Positions 1 to 6,128 of a DNA stretch of 7,087 nucleotides are shown here, piece by piece; positions within the stretch are counted from its first letter, which is position 1; the number at the start of each line of letters is the position of its first letter. The notes below the pieces were generated by a model. The model saw only the letters and a program-made list of their open reading frames with translations, made no database searches and had not been told where the DNA came from. The stretch is from Candidatus Helarchaeota ASGARD archaeon Hel_GB_B (GTDB lineage: Archaea; Asgardarchaeota; Lokiarchaeia; Helarchaeales; HEL-GB-B). The stretch covers positions 1-7,087 of the forward strand of contig SUPR01000138.1 in the NCBI GenBank assembly GCA_005191425.1. The letters run 5' to 3'. The position numbers and the translations under genes were made by a program.

Positions 1-1
1 T

Positions 2-1345
2 GGTTCGTTCATTTACGTTATATATTCTTTATATCAAAATCAGAAACATACCTATTTGTTCGTTTTTTATGATGGTGCTAATTTTAATGAAATTAGACGC
101 ACTAATTTAAATGAAATTAAACTCGATTATTCAATTCTATATAAACCTCATTTTTTCAAGATTAAGCATCATTTTTTCAAGACTAAGCATGGTAAAAAAT
201 TCATTTTTTCTTTTAAAAAAAATCAAATTAATTTATACGAAGTCGAATACGATCAACTTTTTACCAGACCAGTTCATGGCAAGAGTTTTATTTACGGTAC
301 GAATATTTCCTATTTTTCAGACATTGTTGACCATTATTATATTCCTGAGCTTTATTCATATGCTATAGGTTACGAATGCGGGTGCATAGAACTCTGGTCT
401 CCTGATTTTGAGTTTGTTCAATCTCTCGTTTTCAATTTTGAGTATTGGGAAATTGACTCAAGTACCCTTAGTGACTATATGTTGCAATATTGTCGTTATT
501 GGTCGAAGAGGGATTATTACAATTATTATTCCGAATTTCACACTCTGAACCCCATTTCCATTACTATTTCCCCTGATGGTAAGATGATTTTTACCTTGTT
601 TGATAATGGATTTATATACGGCTTTTTAAATAACTGGGTTTATTTTAATATCTCCAATCAAATCTTTTTTGGGAATAGTAGTTCTAAGATGGCTAAAATC
701 TCTTTTACGAATGACCAGAAATATTTAATTACAAAAGATGAATATTCCATTAAAATTCTCGAATTTAAACTGGGTAAAAAAAAGCCCTATTATCATTTGC
801 TTGATGATAAGGTCGATTTTATCACAAAGATTTCTCCTATTCTTAAACTATATTATCTCAAGCCAGATTATGGAGCTCGGCTCGGTAAATTCCCTCTTTA
901 CGATAAATTTACTATCTTGGTCTTCGACCCTGTTATCTCTACTGTCTGGGACTCCAACTTCGAACGACTCATTAAAAATTTAATGGAACGTTGTAAACTT
1001 AATAAACGAGTATTTTCCACTAACCAATATTTTTTTAAAAAAATTGAGCGATACTTAAAGCGGATTGGTAAAAAAATTACAAACGACATGACCCCTGAAT
1101 CTGTCCTACCAATTCACGTCCAAGACTTGATGATCAATGATTTCAAGCTCACTCCTGATAAAAAGTATCTTTTGGTTAGATATAATGACTCTATTGAAAT
1201 CTGGGACATTCTTAGTGGGTCTATAGCTTACCAACTAGTTGATGAATATAAAATTGTAAGCGCATTTCCCTTGAATAACAACAAAGTCTTTATCTGCGAT
1301 AAAGCTGGTAATGTGTTTATCTGGACCTACTTTGAAAACTCATAA
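2..1345 (+). CDS. WD40-repeat/beta-propeller protein, 5'-truncated by the window edge
   Basis: The frame of the 56..1345 ORF has no stop back to base 2 (GSFIYVIYSLYQNQKHTYL...), so the TTG at 56 is probably not the real start. WD40-like blades: YAIGYECGCIELWS, PISITISPDGKMIFTLFDNGFIYGF, KISFTNDQKYLITKDEYSIKILEF, INDFKLTPDKKYLLVRYNDSIEIWDILSG, IVSAFPLNNNKVFICDKAGNVFIW. TAA at 1343-1345. Confidence 0.75.
   Translation, partial: GSFIYVIYSLYQNQKHTYLFVFYDGANFNEIRRTNLNEIKLDYSILYKPHFFKIKHHFFKTKHGKKFIFSFKKNQINLYEVEYDQLFTRPVHGKSFIYGTNISYFSDIVDHYYIPELYSYAIGYECGCIELWSPDFEFVQSLVFNFEYWEIDSSTLSDYMLQYCRYWSKRDYYNYYSEFHTLNPISITISPDGKMIFTLFDNGFIYGFLNNWVYFNISNQIFFGNSSSKMAKISFTNDQKYLITKDEYSIKILEFKLGKKKPYYHLLDDKVDFITKISPILKLYYLKPDYGARLGKFPLYDKFTILVFDPVISTVWDSNFERLIKNLMERCKLNKRVFSTNQYFFKKIERYLKRIGKKITNDMTPESVLPIHVQDLMINDFKLTPDKKYLLVRYNDSIEIWDILSGSIAYQLVDEYKIVSAFPLNNNKVFICDKAGNVFIWTYFENS
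149..190 (+). repeat. In-frame 21-bp tandem duplication (HFFKIKH/HFFKTKH)
   Basis: CATTTTTTCAAGATTAAGCAT (149-169) and CATTTTTTCAAGACTAAGCAT (170-190); 20/21 identical. Confidence 0.9.
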
Positions 1346-1947
1346 TCCTCTTTTTTAATAACCTATTGTCTGGTCTCATGACATTCCTCGGATGTATCTT
1401 GAAACCACCTCCTCAATTTTGGATATTGGTTCCTTTCTTTTTTTTTATATATCTTAGAACCTAATACCACCAATGTGTTGAATATCATCGATTCTATATT
1501 TATCTTCATTATCATTATCCTGATTTTGTATTCGCCACTACGTAGTTTTTCTATGAAAAATCTCTGGATACTCTAGTTAATTCTAATCGATAGTCGAAAA
1601 TTACTAATTCAATTTTCAAAACCTAATTTTCCTTTAAATTTTTAAAAAAAACATTTCATGAAGTGTTAAAGCAAAGTCCCTTTTTATTCTCATATAGCTA
1701 TTATCTTTTCTCTCAAAAATCCCCTTTTATTAATTAGTTATTAGAGAGACAATTAAATAAAAAATTATTCAAAAATAAATTAAAATGTTCTAATATTTTA
1801 CAATAAAATCAAATATGGTCTAGTAATAATATTTTTAAGGTTTTTAATAAATAAATCAAACTCTTAAATTTAGGTTTCTATTTATTTTCTATTAATTTAA
1901 TTATCTTTGTCAATATTTTTTATTTTTACCCCGAATCAAAAATCTAA

Positions 1948-1962
1948 CATAAAATTTAAATA
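1948..1962 (+). promoter_or_regulatory. Candidate BRE + TATA box for the tRNA pair
   Basis: cATAAAA-TTTAAATA matches the archaeal BRE (RNWAAW) followed by TTTAWATA, ~80 nt upstream of tRNA-Asp. The region is very AT-rich, so a chance match is possible. Confidence 0.4.
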
Positions 1963-2041
1963 TCATGTACATTTTATTTTGATATCTAAAGTTTTCTTAT
2001 CATTCATAATCAACAATAAGAGAAAAATACCGATAAAAAAT

Positions 2042-2150
2042 GCCCCTGTGGTGTAGTCCGGCTTAGCATCTAGGACTGTCACTCCTAGAACCCGGGTTCA
2101 AAGTATATTCGATAAAATGAGTATACGAACATATCCCGGCGGGGGCGCCA
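2042..2150 (+). tRNA. tRNA-Asp(GTC) with a 31-nt non-canonical T-loop intron and encoded CCA
   Basis: Acceptor stem GCCCCTG(2042-2048)/CGGGGGC(2140-2146); discriminator G2147; CCA 2148-2150. D stem GTGT/GCAT. Anticodon stem TAGGA/TCCTA with loop CT-GTC-AC (anticodon 2078-2080). T stem CCGGG/CCCGG; TTCAAAT loop is restored once the intron is removed. Confidence 0.97.
2102..2132 (+). other. tRNA-Asp intron at position 58/59 (BHB-type)
   Basis: Central helix GTTC(2096-2099)/GAAC(2127-2130); 3-nt bulges AAA(2100-2102) and ATA(2131-2133); intron helix GTATATTC(2103-2110)/GAGTATAC(2119-2126). Cutting after the second bulge base gives 2102-2132. Position 59/60 (2103-2133) would give the same mature sequence. 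Confidence 0.85.
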
Positions 2151-2196
2151 CTACTTTAAAAAATTCTAAAACATGGACACGTAGCTCAGCTAGGAT

Positions 2197-2223
2197 AATA
2201 CTCTTAAAAATAGTATTCCTAAC
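2197..2223 (+). other. tRNA-Lys D-loop intron (~27 nt, 20a/21 or equivalently 21/22; boundaries +/-1)
   Basis: Helix TAGG(2191-2194)/CCTA(2218-2221); 3' bulge ACA(2222-2224); intron stem AATACT(2197-2202)/AGTATT(2212-2217). Removal gives the normal D loop AGCTAGGATA before GAGC. The 5' bulge is only 2 nt if the stem pairs fully. Confidence 0.8.
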
Positions 2224-2240
2224 AGAGCGTTGGGCTTTTA

Positions 2241-2260
2241 AAGAGAATTAAACTAAAGAA
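2241..2260 (+). other. tRNA-Lys canonical 37/38 intron (20 nt)
   Basis: Strict BHB: CTTT(2235-2238)/AAAG(2255-2258); bulges TAA(2239-2241) and AAA(2259-2261); 2-bp intron helix AG/CT. Confidence 0.92.
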
Positions 2261-2296
2261 ACCCAATGGTCGCGGGTTCAATTCCCGTCGTGTCCG

Positions 2297-2325
2297 TATT
2301 TCTTTTATCATTACATTATCTTTTT
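2297..2325 (+). terminator. Possible oligo-T terminator of the tRNA transcript
   Basis: TATTTCTTTT immediately after G73 and CTTTTT at 2320-2325. Archaeal termination on U-tracts is established; the exact site is inferred. Confidence 0.35.
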
Positions 2326-2393
2326 GGTCAAATTTAATTTAATTTACATTATCTTACCTTCTTTTTATTAAAATAGAAAAAAAATAGAATAAT

Positions 2394-3677
2394 TTACTCT
2401 AATTTCTTAATGACAAAAAAGATGAGAAATGATGCTAACGCTAAAACTGTTGAGCCCAAAAACAATATAAAATACCCTGTGTTAAATGAGTCAGCGATAT
2501 ATCCACTTACGTAAGACCCAATAATACCTGCTAAGCTACCAACAATGCTAAATATTGATAACATTTCACCTAAATTTTCGCGGTTTGGAAATAATCTGGG
2601 GTAAATATTTGAAAACGCGATCTTGATAAAACTAATACTGAACCCTGCAATACCAGCAATAATTAATAACGCGACAAATGAACTGAGCCAGGGGAACGCC
2701 ATAAGGGAGAATACAGAAAATAAGACATACGTAAATATCCTTAGAACCAAGCCTAGCAGTAACATTTTTCTATTTCCATATTTGTCGATAGCTTTACCCA
2801 CAAATATAAAAGAGATCGTTAGAATAACGTAATAAGACAGAAATATTAAAAATATCCAGCTATCACTCAAGTTAAGTCTTAGTTTCATAAATGCTGATAG
2901 TGGAGTAAATGTCAAACTGCTGGATAAATAGAAAATGAAAATTGCTACGAGAAATATTACCACATATTTAGTAAAATGATACTTGCTTTTAGCGCTTATA
3001 TTATTTTTTTGTTGCACGAAGGCAATTTTTTTGAAGAAAATTGATGAATATATTGGTATTTCCATGTTCCCAATATTTTGATACTCGGTTTTTGGTTTGA
3101 TAAAATCTTTTTGTCGCAGGTCATGTAGTAATGAAATTCCCATTATTCCGCTGATTAAACACAGAATTGAAGATATTATAAAAAATAGCTGATAATTCAT
3201 AATAAAAATTTGAAATAAAGCACCAAATAACATGCCTATGCAAGAGCCAATACCATTCTGTAAGCTTAATTTGCTTAATTTTTCTTCCCACAGGTCAGGT
3301 GGATAATGTTCAAAAAGATACATGCTTGTAGCAGTAGATTCGGCGCCTAGAAGCAGCCCACTAATTATTGCCAAAATTAAGAGATGGACTAGAGAAAAAG
3401 AGAAAGCATACCCTAGAAGTATACCAGTTCCGCTAAATAGAGTAATTAAGATAAAAATTTTCCGCTTTCCAGTATCATCAGTAAGTTTTCCCCAAATAAA
3501 AGTTAATATTAAACTTATTATTGAAGTTATCGATGAGAATAAACCAATATAAGAAACTGAGCCATTAGATAAAGATAATATAAACAGCGGAATTAATGTC
3601 CCTGAGGCTGACATTCCCGTTGCAAATGGAATATATAAACTCATCCAAATATCTTTTTTAAAGCTACTTACACCCAT
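2394..3677 (-). CDS. Major facilitator superfamily (MFS) transporter, substrate unknown
   Basis: 427 aa with ~12 hydrophobic segments in two halves. MFS motif A-like GKLTDDTGKRK and its C-terminal repeat GKAIDKYGNRK. SD-like GAGGT (3685-3689, minus strand) 7 nt before the ATG. Confidence 0.92.
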   Translation of the reverse strand: MGVSSFKKDIWMSLYIPFATGMSASGTLIPLFILSLSNGSVSYIGLFSSITSIISLILTFIWGKLTDDTGKRKIFILITLFSGTGILLGYAFSFSLVHLLILAIISGLLLGAESTATSMYLFEHYPPDLWEEKLSKLSLQNGIGSCIGMLFGALFQIFIMNYQLFFIISSILCLISGIMGISLLHDLRQKDFIKPKTEYQNIGNMEIPIYSSIFFKKIAFVQQKNNISAKSKYHFTKYVVIFLVAIFIFYLSSSLTFTPLSAFMKLRLNLSDSWIFLIFLSYYVILTISFIFVGKAIDKYGNRKMLLLGLVLRIFTYVLFSVFSLMAFPWLSSFVALLIIAGIAGFSISFIKIAFSNIYPRLFPNRENLGEMLSIFSIVGSLAGIIGSYVSGYIADSFNTGYFILFLGSTVLALASFLIFFVIKKLE

Positions 3678-3746
3678 TTAATTAACCTCAATTTTTTGTT
3701 CTTATTTTATCTTGTCTGACGTTTGATAATTATACTGTCTTAATTA

Positions 3747-3765
3747 AAGTTAAATTATTTAACTT
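3747..3765. promoter_or_regulatory. Perfect 9-1-9 inverted repeat, candidate operator in the divergent promoter
   Basis: AAGTTAAAT-T-ATTTAACTT in the 109-bp gap between the MFS and methyltransferase genes. Confidence 0.55.
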
Positions 3766-3786
3766 ACTATCATTTATTAATATTGA

Positions 3787-4476
3787 TTGGACAATGAAAA
3801 AATGAGAGATCTGACTTCAAAATGGACGGAATTTAATTATAATGAAATACCGCATAGTTTAGAATTGTTTCAAGTTTTTTATGATTACGTAAAAAGTAGA
3901 TACCAGATACTGGATATTGGGACTGGAACTGGATATACTGCAATTAAGTTAGGACTACAAGGATATCACGTTATTGGAATAGATATTAATAAAAAGGGCA
4001 TTGAAAAAATAACGAGAAATACAGTTCATGGAAATATTTCTAATTTAATTAATTTTCAAATATCTACTGCAACAAATTTGCCTTTTAAAAGTGAAAGCTT
4101 TGATTTTATAATAATGCAGGCGTTTTTAACGACAATTATAGAGAAAGAAAATAGAAATAAGATCATTAAGGAATGTTACAGAGTTTTAAAAAAGTGTCAA
4201 TATTTATACCTGGCTGTTTTTGGTCAAACATGGCATTCTGAGTTATATCGCAATAGATATTTACGAGATTTCCCCATCACCAAAGAAGAAGGTTCTTTTC
4301 TATCTTTTAATAAATCTTCTAATAAATTTGAATATATTGCTCACCATTATACTGAAAAAGAGCTAGTTTTCTTACTTGTTAATAATGGATTTAAATTAGA
4401 TTATTTTCAACACCAAGAATTAATGACGAAAAGTGGTAATAAAATAAATGGCTTCGTAATTATCGCTAAAAAGTGA
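3787..4476 (+). CDS. Class I SAM-dependent methyltransferase (Methyltransf_11/25-like), substrate unknown
   Basis: Motif I ILDIGTGTG, motif II VIGIDIN, and ATNLPFKSESFDFII. Start is either TTG 3787 or the in-frame ATG 3802. Confidence 0.9.
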   Translation: MDNEKMRDLTSKWTEFNYNEIPHSLELFQVFYDYVKSRYQILDIGTGTGYTAIKLGLQGYHVIGIDINKKGIEKITRNTVHGNISNLINFQISTATNLPFKSESFDFIIMQAFLTTIIEKENRNKIIKECYRVLKKCQYLYLAVFGQTWHSELYRNRYLRDFPITKEEGSFLSFNKSSNKFEYIAHHYTEKELVFLLVNNGFKLDYFQHQELMTKSGNKINGFVIIAKK

Positions 4477-4807
4477 ATTATAGAAGAGTAATTTAGTTAT
4501 ATATTATAGATAAGGTTATATTCAAATTTTTGGAACATTTTAGAAATTTAATTTATTCTGTTTGATTTATCTTTTTCGTAAATATGTCTTTTAATGGCTT
4601 ATTTAATTTAAAAAATTACTATATTATTTCTTCTTGCATTTTAATTTACAATAAGTGCTCTTACAACATTCAATTTTTTAAAAAATCATTTTAAAATATT
4701 TATCCGATTTTATTTAAATGAAATCAAATTATAAAAAAGTAATCAAAAAACAACATAATTAAGAATTTTGATTTTTTCTTAAATATCCAAGTTGGTGAAA
4801 TGATAAA

Positions 4808-5695
4808 TTGAATTTTCGAGTTAGACTGATTGAAAAAATTAGACAGAAAAAGAGTCTTGTCTGTTTCGGGATTGACCCTGACGTTGAGTCGGAATTTTTC
4901 CCGAGATATGTATTAGAATATAACAAACCTAAATTAGAGTTTGCAAAAATGATTTTAGATGAAGTAGAAGACAAGATACCAATTATAAAAATAAATACGC
5001 GATATTTTTTTATAGATGAGATGGACCAGTTAAAATCTATAGTCCAGTATGCACATACAAAAGATTTAGAAGTAATAGGTGATTGTAAAGAGAATGATAT
5101 TGGACATTCAATGTCAATGGCATACAAGAAGCATTTTTTAGGATTTAAATATGATGCAATTACGGTAAATGGATATTTTGGAAGTGAAGGGGTTATAGGA
5201 ACTACTGAACGACCTATATTTAAAAAGTGGTTCGACCAAGGAAAAGGATTATTTGTATTGATAAAAACCTCTAATTTAAGTGGAGCAGAAGTTCAAGATT
5301 TAAAAATAGTAGAAACTTCAAATGGACAAAATAATAAAAATGAAATTCCATTATATAATTATTTAGCCCAATTAGTTGAAAAATGGAGTTCAAAATATGA
5401 TTTTTGTATTGGAGGGGTAGTTGGAGCAACGTATCCCGATCAGTTGAAAATTATCAGAAATTTGATTTCGGGAGTTCTATTATTACCAGGTTATGGAACT
5501 CAAGGAGGGAGCGCGGAGAACATTAAATACTGCGTAAAAGGAGAAAAATTTTCAATTATTAATTCAAGTCGAAGTATAATGTATGCATACGCTAAAAAAT
5601 ATAGAGGTCAATTTAATCCAAATGATTTTCCCAAAGCATCAAGAAAGTACATCGAGGAAATGATTCAAAACATCAATAAATGCGTAAAATTCTGA
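4808..5695 (+). CDS. pyrF: Orotidine-5'-phosphate decarboxylase, long (subfamily 2-like) form
   Basis: CFGIDP; IIKIN (catalytic Lys); GDCKENDIG (DxKxxDIG); GLFVLIKTSN; GGVVGAT; LLPGYGTQGG; INSSRSIMYA. SD-like GGTGA (4794-4798) 9 nt before the TTG. Confidence 0.95.
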   Translation: MNFRVRLIEKIRQKKSLVCFGIDPDVESEFFPRYVLEYNKPKLEFAKMILDEVEDKIPIIKINTRYFFIDEMDQLKSIVQYAHTKDLEVIGDCKENDIGHSMSMAYKKHFLGFKYDAITVNGYFGSEGVIGTTERPIFKKWFDQGKGLFVLIKTSNLSGAEVQDLKIVETSNGQNNKNEIPLYNYLAQLVEKWSSKYDFCIGGVVGATYPDQLKIIRNLISGVLLLPGYGTQGGSAENIKYCVKGEKFSIINSSRSIMYAYAKKYRGQFNPNDFPKASRKYIEEMIQNINKCVKF

Positions 5696-5982
5696 CAAAA
5701 TTAGATAATAAAAAATATAATAGAAATAAAACGGATTATATTTGTTTCCAATTCTTTAATATTCGTTTTTGATAAATAAGACTATACAATTTAGCTCAAT
5801 TAATGAAGATATTTATCTTAAATCATAATAACAATGAGTAGTGATGTTTTTATAATTACATATTGATTATAATATTTAAAAAACCTAAAAAAGATTTAGA
5901 AATTGAATTTATTACCCTAAAATTAAAGGAATAATTTAAGTTGAAAATGAAGGAATAATTTTTTATACTAAAAAGATTATAA

Positions 5983-6065
5983 AAAAAATTAGATTAAATT
6001 ATCAAAAAAATTTGATTAAATCTTTATGAAATTTAAATAAAATATTCTAAAAAATTTGATTAAAT
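5983..6065 (+). repeat. 17-bp direct repeats AAAAAATTWGATTAAAT in 22-bp phase upstream of nrdD
   Basis: Copies at 5983-5999 (1 mismatch), 6005-6021 and 6049-6065 (identical to each other); offsets 22 and 44 bp. Confidence 0.8.
6026..6039 (+). promoter_or_regulatory. Candidate BRE/TATA box of nrdD
   Basis: ATGAAA-TTTAAATA (5/6 BRE match plus consensus TTTAWATA). An alternative TTATAAAA lies at 6086-6093. AT-rich context limits specificity. Confidence 0.4.
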
Positions 6066-6128
6066 TAGGACTTAAATTTAATTTGTTATAAAAACTAAAA
6101 AAAATAAAAAGGATTGAGGGTTTTTATC

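Larger units (their letters stand above)
2175..2296 (+). tRNA. tRNA-Lys(TTT) with two introns; CCA not encoded
   Basis: Acceptor stem GGACACG(2175-2181)/CGTGTCC(2289-2295); G73 at 2296. D stem GCTC/GAGC. Anticodon stem TTGGG/CCCAA; anticodon TTT at 2237-2239. Variable loop TGGTC; T arm GCGGG-TTCAATT-CCCGT. Confidence 0.95.

Noticed and set aside
111-368. 85-aa plus-strand ORF
   Set aside because: Alternate-frame shadow fully inside the WD40 gene; no motifs.
738-1089. ORFs 738..983 (+) and 898..1089 (-)
   Set aside because: Both overlap the WD40 gene; no recognisable features.
1351-1356. T6 run after the WD40 stop as a terminator
   Set aside because: Plausible, but T-runs are everywhere here; it cannot be singled out.
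1403-1414. Strong SD-like GAGGAGGTGG on the minus strand (CCACCTCCTC on plus)
   Set aside because: No start codon at a usable 5-10 nt spacing; not part of any rRNA sequence.
1403-1576. Hydrophobic plus-strand open frame (...IFIFIIIILILYSPL...)
   Set aside because: Hydrophobicity follows from the T-rich composition; no good start or SD.
1673-1731. 14/16 direct repeat AAAGTCCCTTTTTATT / AAAATCCCCTTTTATT
   Set aside because: Only two low-complexity copies with no functional context.
1346-2041. DGR template repeat, C/D-box sRNA or tRNA-targeted att site in the long spacer
   Set aside because: No copy of the WD40 3' end, no paired C (RUGAUGA) and D (CUGA) boxes, no duplicated tRNA half, and no integrase or reverse transcriptase in the window.
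2311-2355. 12-bp direct repeat TTACATTATCTT (2311, 2344) flanking (AATTT)n
   Set aside because: Short and AT-rich; two copies only; not a CRISPR repeat-spacer pattern.
2623-3552. ORFs 2623..2832 and 3322..3552 (+)
   Set aside because: Antisense shadows of the MFS gene.
4723-4772. ATCAAA/TTTGAT half-sites upstream of pyrF as a shared regulon with nrdD
   Set aside because: Spacing does not match the 6-4-6 unit, and ATCAAA also recurs in the 1800-1940 spacer, so this is likely compositional.
4759-5127. 122-aa minus-strand ORF
   Set aside because: Antisense shadow of pyrF.
5983-6065. Interpreting the repeats as a mini-CRISPR or replication-origin iterons
   Set aside because: Units are 17 bp with only 5-27 nt between them; no cas, cdc6/orc1 or rep gene and no ORB-like G-string are in view.
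5696-6128. Cobalamin riboswitch or NrdR box upstream of nrdD
   Set aside because: The region is too AT-rich for a structured aptamer, has no conserved riboswitch elements, and does not match the acaCwAtATaTwGtgt consensus.
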